From Daphnia carinata (lineage: Eukaryota), in assembly GCF_022539665.2 (NCBI RefSeq), contig NC_081333.1, positions 8,308,001 through 8,372,000 on the forward strand: a DNA stretch of 64,000 bases, given 5' to 3'. Position numbers and translations under genes: made by a program. How positions within the stretch are numbered: the first letter of the stretch is position 1; every line of letters starts with the position of its first letter. This document shows positions 40,801 to 53,299 of the stretch, in pieces. The notes below the pieces were generated by a model. The model made no database searches and was not told the origin of the DNA. It was given only the letters and a program-made list of their open reading frames with translations.

Positions 40801-41848
40801 GTGGAATGAAACGCACACGCAAAAAAAAAAAATAATGAAATAAAAAGGAAGCAGAAAAAAAACTTCTTGAATTGCGCGGGTATTTTCGTCAAGATAAGGA
40901 CAGGTACACAGAAAAAAAAATGTCTAAAAAAAAAAAAAGGGAACGTGGGAAATCCTAGCTGGATAAGAAAAATTCTCTTCCTCCAGAAAACAAAAATATA
41001 TCCCAAGTACACATACATGAAAAAAAAAAACCGTCGGCTGATGTATGATGAATGGAGCGCTAAACGCAGGGTTGGTCGTGGTGTCTATAGCAGACAGGGG
41101 GGCTAAGTCACGTGGTCGGGTCTTGTGTTACGAAGCGGAGGAGGCAAGCAAACACCGCCATCACTTTCGTATACAACATTTGACTATCGAATCATTTTTG
41201 TTTTCCCCTTCCCAAAGAAAAACGAACAACACACACCTACCAAAGGATAGTTACTGTAATTAGACATAATAGCCCAATTGAATGGTGTACGCCGAGTCAA
41301 CAGGCCATGAATTTGAACATGGGAATTGTTTAACAAAAAATGTTTACACGTCCGTTTTTTTTTTAAAGCTACGTTCCAACAAGTCGATTGTACAGTTGTG
41401 CCCACATCAGTTTCATTCTCACGATATATATTTCTGGCTTTTACGATTATCGCCCCCCCCCCCAAAAAAAAAAGAAAAGAAAAAAAACTTTCTCTGCAGC
41501 ATCAAACAGATTAAGAGCGAATCCTTTGCATACCGAATGTAATAACGCCAAGATATAGGCGGACCGACGCAACAGACTGAATGATTAGAAAGAGAGAGAA
41601 AAAAAGATAGGATTGTTCCCAACCAATCAGCATTGAGTTCATCCTCCTCAACAAAAAGATGCTCTTCTCTCTCGCAAGCGAGCGAGCGAGCGAGCGCTCG
41701 ATGCTCTTTTCACCTTTGACTCGCGAGCCAAGCATACGCCACAGCACGTGTGATTGAACTTTCCCACGCCGAGCGCCTATACCTTCATAGCCTTCTCTCT
41801 CTCTTCTTCTTTCTACCTGTCATATAGAATGTACTCAATAATCATTCT

Positions 41849-41883
<35 letters not shown>

Positions 41884-44800
41884 TTTTTATTAGCTCGAAT
41901 TTTTTTTTTCTCGTCTCATCCGCCTCATTCACAAAAGGTTAAAGGGATTTTTTTTTCTCCATTTTTTGTTTGGCTCCTTGGGACTGACAATCGAGTTGTT
42001 CAATTTCACGTTGAAAGCCATTTTGAATATGGCACGGGAAAACGGACAGCGCCAAATAAAAAAGAAAAAAAATCTAGATGTTTTTTTCAATCTTTTTTGG
42101 GTTGCAAGAGTTGAACAAATCGACTTAGTCGGGGGATAATACTGCGTCTATCTTGACAAGTCAATTAAGCTTTCGTGACAGAGTGACGTACCCGTTAAAT
42201 TCCTCTTTCACGACACCACCAACTTTTGAAGAAAAAGGTTGATGTCGAGATACTTGAAGAATTTTTTTTTTGCGCTATTTACTGCTTGGGAGGTGGGGAA
42301 AAAGTGGACTTCAAATAATCAGAAATCAAATTCGTCGCTGATGAGGGTCTTCGACCCTCCACCAAGCGCACCGGTTACAAAACAAAGTGCCCTGTTAGAG
42401 AGCTAATAACTTGGGTGACACGCAAAAGCACCTAAAGAACAACAACAGCAGCAACAACAAAAAGATATTTTTGACGAAGAGAGCGCAAAAAAAAATGGTG
42501 TCGGGAATTCAGAAAAGAGTTGCCTTGTAAGGAACGTATCGAACGGGTTTTTTCGGTCGTGATCAACCAGCACGAAGCTCGTCAATTATTCTTTCTCCTT
42601 CGTGTTTTTCCAAGAAAAAGAAAAAAAGTAAAAGGTTTGAGACATACACACACACACAGACAAAAAAAAAAACATCATAAAGTACATAGCCCGTTGGCCC
42701 GTGTCACCGGTATCAGATTGGCACGTTTACTGATGACTATCGCTAGTAAGGAGCTCTCACGCATACCTTCCCTACAGCAGCACAGCAAGTTTTTTCTAAC
42801 CTCCCCCCATTGTTCCATCTTTGACTTGCAGTTGACCGACGCAAACAAGCAAACCTTTGCTTCCTACCTTTCTCTCTCTCTGTCAAGTCATCATTTTTGG
42901 AGGTAGTCGCCCTTTTTTTTTTTCTTGTCGTGTCTCTACTTTCCCAGAGACTGAATACAATTCACACTTCGTCACACTTAGTTGCAGCCCGCACGCGCAT
43001 CCATTTTTAAATTCTGTTTAGTGTTTTTCTTTCAAATAAAAATGGAAATAAAATAAAAAGCAAGACAGCGTCATATCGCTTTACGAGTGCCAAAAAGGAG
43101 AGTGTCTTGAATACCGCTTCGTTTTTGTTTTTTTTTGTTTTGTTTTTTATCTAAGAGGGGTACGCGGAACGTGTTACTCGACCGCACGCGTCGCGGTATT
43201 TGCATTTATCGCAATTTCGCTCAAGAACGCTCAAGGTGGTCAATCAATAAAACAAAGCGACTTTTTTTTTTTTGCTAGGTCAAACAACATTCTCTCCTCG
43301 TTTGTTTGTTTTTTTTACATGAAAAAAGGAAAAGAAACATTTCAAGTTGTACCTTCGCGATTCTCTACAAAGTCAAAGTTGAAGACATTACTCAATGGAT
43401 GGCGCCACTCGTAAAATGGCCAATCATCATTTGCGCGTTATTTTCGTAAGGCCATAAAAACAGGAAAACAACACCAGCAAAAGGAACAGACACACAAGAC
43501 AAAAATTACTGTAAAGTCTTTGGAAAACTCCTTTAATAATATGTAATAAAAGAAAGCAAAAACACCTAGAGGAAGCTTCAGCTCGTACCATTAAACACTT
43601 TAGTTGCATTTAAGAAAACGCAAGAAAAGCAATTTATGTTGGACGGGGAACGGTGCAAGAGTTTATCATCGTACAATGGCCCACCCAAAATTGGACGGCA
43701 GTTTTCCCTTATCGGGATCGCATTCAACCAGTGCCGACCGATTGCTTGTAAAACAGCTGAAAATGGCAATAGCTTCGCATTCAACCACACACTTCCAGAT
43801 AGTCGAATTTTCAATCAGCACCGCCTCCTCCCCCCCCCCCCCCAATTCTCAGAAAACAAAACAAAACGTAAACGACAAACTAAACAAAAACATTTTGGCA
43901 GGATAATGGCTTCGTCGTGATCAAACGTTACTTTGCAATTTATCTACGGCATTAAGCGAAAACTGTTCGAGACGGCCAACAACATTTCCCTAGTCTTATT
44001 GAATAAAGAGTGCAATAATCATTAATCATGTCTTTTTTTAAAAATGACGAAAGCCACAAACTGAACAAAATGTGTTGGTTTAAAAAAAAAAAAAATTCCC
44101 ACAGGTGGGCTGGGACTCAAGATGGAACACCGAAATATTGCCCCCTCCTTTCTCCAATGCATCTTCGTACACAATTCAAACTAGCCACATACATATATAT
44201 TATACTATGGGTGACAGACTAATGGCCAAAACGACAGTATCTCGATGATGTCTGGGTTTATTCCGAGGTGGTTGCAACAAACAACCTCAACCTTCTCGCT
44301 CAATTCTCATGAACAACATCGGTGCAGGCAATGTATATAAATAGCAACGGACAATAGACGCACCCCGTGGACGGGTGAACAGTGGGTCACCAATAGAGCA
44401 TGTACTGTGGCATGGACTATAAGATTTTGAGAGAGCGAAAAAGAAGCTACTTCTGCTGCTGTTGCTATTACTACACTTCAGGCTATTGGGTAGTTGCTAT
44501 TTGGGCTGCATATAAGAAAAGACAAAAAAAAAGAGGTGTACCCAGCATCACCCAAAACAGTCCTAAAACTGTTGCCTTCCCTCAATTCCTCCCCCCCCCC
44601 CCAAAAAAAAATAACAATTTATACGTATATGGCGGGAGGGTGATTCCGACGACGAGGTGGCGCAGTAAACCGTAAATCCTCTCCTTTGGCCTCTTATAAC
44701 AATCTCGACAATTGGGAAAGGAGGAGTCGTCGTGTAAAATAGGAGAAGCGAATGGGAGAGGCGCGACACATCTCACCCGACCCTCTGCCATTCTCTTTTC

Positions 44801-46040
44801 CTTAAAAAAAAAAAAAAAAAATAGAACAGAACACAGCAAAAAAAAAAAAAAAAAAAAAAGGACCCTAAATTTAGAAAGAAAAAAAAAAAAAGATGAGACA
44901 GAACGGGTGCAATAGACTTTCGAAGCTCTATGTGTATATGCTAGGTGGACCTGTTCTTCATCCAGTTGTAAATACTTGTGGCGTTTACAAGATCAGACAA
45001 CAACCACCGAGTGGACCTCCCGGTAGACAATCGTTGACCAGAAGAAGGGGCCACCTTCATTGGCCACTATACACGTCACTCTTATCCCCACTTGCATAAC
45101 AGGACGCCCAAAGAGCAACACACAGAATAGCCATCATTACAGGCTGCATTTGACAAGAGAAACGCACAAAAAAAAAAATGCTAGAGAATATGGAGAGACA
45201 CACAAGACGAAGAGAAGCAGCAAGTAATCGCCAGTGCATATCTTTATTATATTATGGCTCTTGAGAGAAGAGAATAGAGAAAAGTGCTCGTCTTCGATTT
45301 TCAGATTGACTAAAGAACGGCCCAACAACGTGACAATATCTTTCGCTAAAAGCACAATCAAGAAAACATCTTTTCACTGAAATCTTCAAAAGAAACGAAA
45401 CATCAAGTTTAAACTTCTGTCCAAGGAGCTGAGGTACGATGCATACGCCTCCACCGGCGCCTTCTATCCAACTCCGTAAAAAAAAACGGCCAATAGACAA
45501 ACAACAAACAATGGCAAAGCCAACACATTTTTTCTTTAGTCAATACCTATCCTGCTGAGCGCGCAATCATTTGACAAAACACTTGATCTCACGGTTAAAC
45601 AGAATTACGAGGGAGGTGGTGTCGGGATTTAAGATAATTACAGGAGCCGTTGCCTAAGATTTAAAAAAAAAGAAAGAAAAAGATAAGCGCTGGCCATTGG
45701 GCTCGATAAATCAGCCCCATTGTAGTTTACTTAATATAAGCACCAAAACCCGCGGCGAGATGTGGCATTTAGTATAATCTTATATTATCGAATCAACAGG
45801 TAGGTAGGGGACTAGGGGGTTTGGGGTTAAAAGGTAAGGCATAGGGAGGAGGGATCGCACGCCCGGGACGTTGGCACGCACCCCTCTCTATCGCTTCAGC
45901 TTTTATTGTTGAATATGCCCATACAGACGAGAGCAAGAGAAAAAGATACTGTACATATAAATGCCAAGGCGTGTGTGTGTGTGTGCCTTTTAATACATAT
46001 ACTAAGGGAATTCCCATAGAGGAGGATACCAGAACTCAAG

Positions 46041-47921
46041 CGTGGGAACGGGACTGTTGAGGGCCTGCAGAGACGGGCGCTGAGCGGGCAGCGGACAGGA
46101 CCGGCACCAACTCATCATTCGTCAACATTTTTGAAAAGAAAATCCAAAACAAGAAAAACACCTCGAATGCGAAGGGATACCTATGCAACTTACGGCGATG
46201 TAAAAGCCTCGTGAGTCACGAAACACCCCCCTCCCGTGCATAATCAGCCTAGGTAGGGGGTAATACACCAAAAGCGATACTACCAAAACATCAATAGTAC
46301 AGATTTCTTCGACGAGGTAGTAGACCAAACGCAATGGGGGGAATAAAAGTTAGAAAAACATCAACCAAATTTTTTTTTTCTCCAGCATCTGCATATTCGT
46401 CTAGTCTGTGCAAGATCCGGTTCTCGTAAAAATCAAAAGGTACAAAAAGAAAAAAGTCATTCAGGTATTTGAGTGAATGACGAAACAGATCGGTGTCTCG
46501 ATGTGTGGGAAAAAAAATTCCCACGTCTGCCATAACGCACTACATTCAAAACAACATTCTTTCCAACCTCGCGTACTGAACAACCCCAAACAAGTTGTTG
46601 ACTCGTCAATAAAACAAAAAACAAACCAACAAGGTTTCGAGATGACAAGTGGGTATCAATATAAGTAGATGTGCATACAACATGCACAGCAGGGTCAATA
46701 TAAAGAAGAAAAAAAAAGCGTGCCCGTACGGTACACAGCGGGTTCTCTACAAGTGCAGTGGTCAGTTACCGCTGATATCTACAGAGCTGGTCATTTCTGC
46801 ACCATAAGGCGTGTAAAATATGAAAAAGAAAAAGACAAGATAGGGGTGTACCAAGTAACTAGACCAAGTACGCAGCCGCAATATAGTTGTCCTTTGAATT
46901 ATATTGAAGGAGGGGGGGGGGGAATTTCGTGGGGTTTCGATTCCAACTGTGTCTACATAGATAAGAAACACATATTCTGACATCTCCATACAATCAGGCA
47001 CATAGAGTACTTGCATTTATGGTTTCTATCCTTCCATCCCCTGGGTCATACACCTCTATTGCCTATCATTCAAGTCCAATCAAGTTTTGGGGGCTCCAGT
47101 TTTTTTTGGTTGGACGTGAGAAAAAAAGTTCACACGCCATCTTTCTATTTTACAATTTCGATACAACCAACGGTAACTTTTACTTGGCTCAAACGAACGA
47201 GGAAGAAGAGACGATTCAAAAAACGATGTGTTCGTTTCACGATTACAAAATGACAGTGTGATATTGGTGGATAACCCTCTCAATTGTTCACGGTATCTCC
47301 CTACGCAACAATACTGGAGTGATGGGCAACATGAGATGTGGACTTACCCTTTTCTAGTGTGGTCGTGTCGAGATAAGCCATCATCACAAATGGCTGCCCC
47401 CTTCCTCGGGAATGTTTTTCAATTTGGCCAACAGCTCAACGGATGGAAGAAAACGGCCATGAAGAAGCACCCACGCGATTGTAAATGGACCTCAGCCACG
47501 AGGTGGTCGTCAAGCCGTGAAGAAGACAAATCAGATCTTGCACGAAGTTTTCAAAAAATGTCAGAATCGTCAGAGAAGCAATGGCTAATTTGTTTCTTAA
47601 GTTCAAAGTTCAGAAACTATCCATGAAACTTTGTAATCCAAAATTTTGGCACACGGAAAATTACACTTGCACGTCCGGCTCCATTTCGAGCAATGAACTA
47701 ATGACTCACTTTTCCTTTTTGTTCTAGAAAGACGTTGACAATGTTTGCCAGTTTTTGTCCAAAGAAACAAAGGAAATTGTGGGAAATTTTTTTTACAGAT
47801 TGCGACAAATGTTCTACATTCAAAGTGAAACTGAAAAATACGCAGTTTTTTATTTTGACAAAAACCTTAAAAAGAATTTTTTTTAAATGAAAATAAATGG
47901 AATGCCAACAGTGTTCCCACA
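46041..47921. promoter_or_regulatory. cluster of six Su(H)/CSL consensus sites (candidate Notch-responsive enhancer)
   Basis: YGTGRGAA matches on either strand start at 46041, 46504, 46518, 47115, 47778 and 47914. Confidence 0.45.
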
Positions 47922-50900
47922 CTCCGTCGATCAAGAAAATGGATCATGTGATACAAGTTGAATAGCTTCTGCTATACAAAGCAATTGGTGGGCCATATTT
48001 TTAAGTTCTTTAGCTTTTTTGCTTTATTTTCTTCCTAAGACGTTGCTGGATATACTTTGAATACAATTGAACTTTGCAGCAGGACCTACGGGCACGTAAG
48101 AAATTGGGAGAAAAAAAATTAGGTATGCAACAACATTGTCCTTTTTCTCCCTTTTTTGTAAAAAACTTTTTTGCCCTAGTTTTTTTTCCCGAATTCCATT
48201 AAATAGATCCCAAAACTCCTTTGAATACGCATTGAAAGTACCTGTATAAGAATGGGGTAGTTAAGAATACGAAAAAGAAAAAAACACGATGGGGGGCTAT
48301 GATTTAGAGTTCTTTAGAAATTGTCGAGTTATTGTGTTGTGCTGCTTGTGTGTACGTTTTACCTGGTCTTCTAAAGAGGTTACAACATACACACATCGTT
48401 TAAAAGAAGGAAAAAAAAACAGGCTTAAATTGTATCGAATAAACACGAGTGGGGAGGGACAGGAAAGCATCACCCAAGTTGTGTTAACAATTTTCCTTCT
48501 TCTTTTGCTCTTCTTCGTCGTAATCCCAAGAAAATGGCCCAGTTTTCATGAGCCGGCCGTTCACTCGCACAGGATCAATGGCATGTGTGAGTAACTGGAG
48601 GGATGTTTAAAGCATCAGGCTGTGAAATGGAATTTTCTTGTGTCACAAGAATACAACAAGATACTGCGCAATGGGGTTAGAAAAGAGAGAGGGGGGGAGG
48701 CTATAGAGGCTCTTTGCGGGCAGATGATCACTCTGGTTCTTTCTTAATTGACCAACCGATAGCTCCCAGCTGAGGGGATTTTCAAAACCCCTCTCCTTTA
48801 AAAAAAATAAATCGACAACAGCAACAAACTAGTTTTTTTTTATTTGATGGATGTTCAAACTGCTCGATGCTTCATTTTTCAGTTGCGCGGAAACGCCAAA
48901 GCTTATTTTACACGTTTGATGGGCAAGAGCCGGTAGAAAACGTTTTTTATTTTAATGTTTTTGAAAGGCTACAAAAAAAAAACCATTTTCAAAAAAAAAA
49001 AAAAAAACCTTTTTATTCGATTTGAAGCCCTTGCATTTCGAATGTTCTTTATGACCCAATGTTGCGTCAAAAAACACTCGGCCATATTACATTAAACAGC
49101 ATTGATTTAAGACTTGTATCGGCTATTACAAGCAAAAAGGATATCCCATTCGATTGCCCCATTTTATTTTTTCTTACCCTACGTATGTAAGGTTACCGGA
49201 GGTGTGCAATAACGTTGGACGGAAAGGTGTGCAATAAGCGCAGTTATGTGTGTACAGCAATCCACATTTACACAAACCAATTTGAAAAAAAAAGAGAGGG
49301 TCATACAATATTAGAAATAGGAATTTTTTTTTGTTATGGGTCTTAATAACTTTTGTTCCCTTCTTGTCGAACACTGAAAAAACAAAAAGGAAATAAGAGA
49401 AACCCCCTCAAAAATATTGGACGATCGCAAAATGATGTAATGTAACAAACATATATAGTTTGAAGGTTAACACAAAAAAAAAAGAAAGGTAAAAACGGCA
49501 GCTCAAGGGGCAGCCTTGCCAGGTGTTGGAGCCGATCGATAGGGTTGCGTTTTTTAACCTCTTGTCGATGAGCCCCGCTTGCCATCATTCACTATATCCA
49601 ATGTCAAAACGATGCAATAGATAGACCTGCACGCCAAAAAGGAAGCAATCGAACAGCTCTGGCCATAACTTTTGCCTTTTTCTATGATGAAAAAAAAAAA
49701 AGAGTAAGAAAGGTCGAAAATAAATATCAGCCGATCAGGTTCCGATAGGTTTTTTTTTTTCAACTGCTGGCAAGAGGCACTTTAATCAAGCCAAAAACTA
49801 AATTGCTGCACATTCCTGGACTGTTCCATGTGTAAATCGTGCCGGTACAACTGTCTACATAACTCTTGACTCGCATTATCGATATATGAGCCCTCAAAAA
49901 AAAAAGACTGTCGGATCCTCTTTCCTTATCTTATTATAACCGCAGGATTTTTCTATTGCACGGTTGAAAAACATTTCCCGGTGATTTGGGACGTCGTTAA
50001 TTTCGCGCATTTAAACTTTCTTGGCATTGCCATCCGTGAACACTTCTCTGTTCAGTATGGAAGCCAACATATCTCAGGAACTTTGTACCACTTTTACTGG
50101 GCCACCTAAATACATACCTGTACTATGAAGCAGTAGGAAAATGGGTCTGTAATTTGGGTCTACTCGCTTCTAGCGGAACATTATAGCGTTGGAAAGATGC
50201 CTTGTAAAATGAAATCGGACAGGATGAAAATATCTCGTTTAACTTCCTTTCACCCAGACGGATAGATTAATTCCGGCAGAGAGATCGCGCGCGCGCTCTG
50301 AGGCGCAAAGAGGGCCAGCCCATCGGCGCAAAGCCACCTGCGGAGATCCAGCGCGAGCGCATCACAAAACAAATGCAGGGAAATATTTGTTTAACTTATT
50401 CATTCATTTGTTATTTTGAACAGGGTCCGACGTTAAACGTTTACGTCCATCTCTTTTTCTTTATTCGTTTTCGTGTCTGTTTTATAAAAGCGCATATAGA
50501 GAAATTGGATGACTCAACCGTGGCACGTATTAGCGTTCGATTTGAAGAAAAAATATTCAGCCGAGGGGAATTTATGTGTACATAACTGTTGAGTAACTTC
50601 TTCTTTTTCCTGGTTTTCTGTTTGTTGTTTGCCTCTCCGCAACTGATACCTGATTCCACTGTCAGAGAAATGAGAGAGTTAATCGATCGCGAGGGAGGTC
50701 CCAACCGAAAGAAGCGCCGTAATTAAAAAGCAAAGAAAAAGAAAGAAGGTGGGAGTATCCGACATCATATCAAAGTCTACGAGCACAGAGACAGATAGGT
50801 ACGTCCCACCGTTCAAGAATCTAAATTGTTTGAATCTATGAAAGCATATATTTCTTCCACCTCAATCGAGAAACATGTAGAAGAGGGCAATCGTGGGAAA

Positions 50901-51720
50901 AGGTATACCCTATTCTAAAATCAAGTCTAGAAAACACATGCTACACAAGCCCTACGATAGTGCAATGCGACATAGTACTTGTGCTGTACCGACAATTGTG
51001 CGTCACGGCGGTCGCAAGGCCGGCAAGTTTTGTTTTGAGGAAACGTTTTAGTCTTGGTGGACATGTTTACAGTCAGCCGCTCACAACACACACAGTAGGA
51101 TTTCTACTATATGCGTGTGTGCACACAAACAACTTGTCAGCATAAACACATGAAGAGACTGGCGCGGTGCCTGTATAGAGAAGATGCAAGTCGAATTCGA
51201 TTTCAACGGAATAAGAACTGAAAGAGGTTCCAGCGCTTTAACCCGTGAGGATATTTAGACGTGTGTACGTACACAACAAGTACGCTACTAGCCCTTCATA
51301 GAAAAAGCCCACCATCCCGCCCTGGACCATGAGAAAAAAAAAAGTAACCTTTGGGTTTGTTTTTATGGCGTATGACCCCTCTGCGCTCTTGTGTGTGTTG
51401 ACCCATAGTGTCCTAAAAGATAACCGTAGCGTATATGGACAGATGTAGAAAAGGCACAGATCTCACATCTTACCGTATCCTACAGCCTTGCTGTATAAAG
51501 CCATAGTGGTCGACCACAATCTGTTATTTCTTACACGCTTTGATTCCGCTTTTTCTCTCTCTCTTACATACATCTACATAGAAAAGTGGATGGTCCCTCT
51601 TTTTTTTTTTTTTTTAACTCTCAGCCGCAATGGGCACCGCCCCCGTTTTACGCGGCATAGGGGGAAAAAAAACAAAACAAGACCCACCTTAAAAACGAGA
51701 GGAAATATAGAAAGTTGTTT

Positions 51721-51792
51721 GTGTACACACCAACAAAAACATCAAACCAAAAGAACTGGATATGGTATGATGCATCGTTTCGGTGGTTTATT
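51721..51792 (-). terminator. candidate polyadenylation signal of the bowl-like gene
   Basis: AATAAA on the - strand at 51792-51787, followed about 30-65 nt downstream by the U/GU-rich run GTTCTTTTGGTTTGATGTTTTTGTTGGTGTG. This would give a 3' UTR of about 0.9 kb. Confidence 0.5.
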
Positions 51793-52673
51793 CTGATTTC
51801 TTGTCGGCTTCCGTCTCAGCCGCCGCGCCTCTCAAACTTTCCCACCGAAAATGACGAAATCAAAAACAAACGAAAATATTTTTAAATTTTTGTAATAATT
51901 CTTTTTTTTTTTCAATCAATTTTCTTCCTTGCTCCACATCAGAAAGAGCAGGACATTAGAGACACACACGAAAATTGGTTTTTGAAAAGCAAAATTTGGA
52001 AAACATCGGAAAAAAGATTGTAACACATAAAGAGTCTGTACAATCTCAATTATTTCAACTCATTTACGAGAATGAAAAGGTGGGTATGCTATGGGAATGT
52101 ACAGCTGTATATGTCTCAAATTCAAATGTAAAGATAGCACAGTAATAGTGGTAGTAGTAGTCTCTTATGTAATAATAATTTCTAAAGGGGGGCGATGATT
52201 GGACAAGAGAAAAACATTAAAACCGATTGACGAAGAAATCTTTTTTTTTTTTGTCTTTTTTTTTCATAACATGGCGCTTGGCGAATGCGCCTGGGAAAAA
52301 AGATAAATTAAACATCAACATCAAAGAAAACACACAGAGACAAGGAATGCTCGTTTTGGGATATCTTGTTTTTAGATCTGAAGGAATCATTCAAATGGAG
52401 AAAATGAAAAGAGTATTTAGGGGTAGGGCGGAAGGGGGAGGAATAAATCAATGCAGAGATCACTGGAGACCCGCATATCAAGAAAGAAAGTGAAGCTCAA
52501 TCAAAATACTTGACTGGCGGCAACTCCATCGTTTTTCTCATATAACACAAATGACAGGTCTGTTTTGCTGGGGCTGGGCCAACGTTCACGGATTTAAAAA
52601 AAAAAAGGATGTGCGGAATGGTGCGTATGGTCGTCCGGAAACGTTAAATATTGAAACGAAATCATTTTTCATT

Positions 52674-53202
52674 TCAACGTCTCATGATGTCGTCGATGGA
52701 GAATCCTCCGCTCTTTTTGGGCAATTTGCTATCGGTCATCGAATGGTGATGATGCGGTGATAGTTTCCCTTCGTCCAGCGATGAGGAACAGACTCCGCTC
52801 TCCGCATCGGATGTGACAGGCGAAGAGGCAGTGTCATCCTCCACATCAATGTCGATTTCATCGTTGCTGTCGGCGGCACTGTCGTCGTCATCGACGCCCG
52901 GAACGCAAGTCAATGTCACGTTGCCTTCGCTGCCGACCGAGTGAGTCATGATGTGGCGGCGGAGGTCGCAGTTGCGCCGGAAAACTTTCTTGCACGATGT
53001 GCACTCGTACGGCTTCAAGTCCGTGTGAGTCAAGAGATGCGTCTTGAGGTTGGAGCGCTGGTTGAAGCTGCGAGCACAAACCGGGCACTTGTGCGGCGAC
53101 TCTTCCAAGTGGAGAATGCGATGGACGGCCAGCGTCCGCGATTGGCAGAAACCTTTGCCGCAATCGGCGCATTTGAACGGCTTCTCTTTCGAGTGAATGT
53201 AA
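52674..53202 (-). CDS. bowl: bowl/sob-type transcription factor, coding exon 3 (end of finger 2, fingers 3-5, acidic region, eh1 motif, stop)
   Basis: The 97-nt intron 53203-53299 ends TATGACAG. The exon reads (R)[87 protein letters not shown]...[11 protein letters not shown] then TGA. Five fingers in total fit bowl or sob rather than Drosophila-type four-finger odd. Spliced CDS is 73+1027+529 = 1629 nt = 542 aa plus stop. Confidence 0.95.
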
Positions 53203-53299
53203 CTGTCATAATAAAAAGATGTCCGTTAGTTTACGAGTCTTTGAGAAGTACTTTGATAGTAAGGATGTCTAACAGTAAAAATAGAATTTTAGAAATTAC

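Noticed and set aside
50..52600. Hundreds of 60-190 aa ORFs in the ORF track (e.g. 245..796, 10081..10653, 22398..22928, 37477..38016)
   Set aside because: They are dominated by poly-K, poly-F, ER, SL, TH and CV runs produced by homopolymers and microsatellites, show no recognisable domains, and often overlap on both strands.
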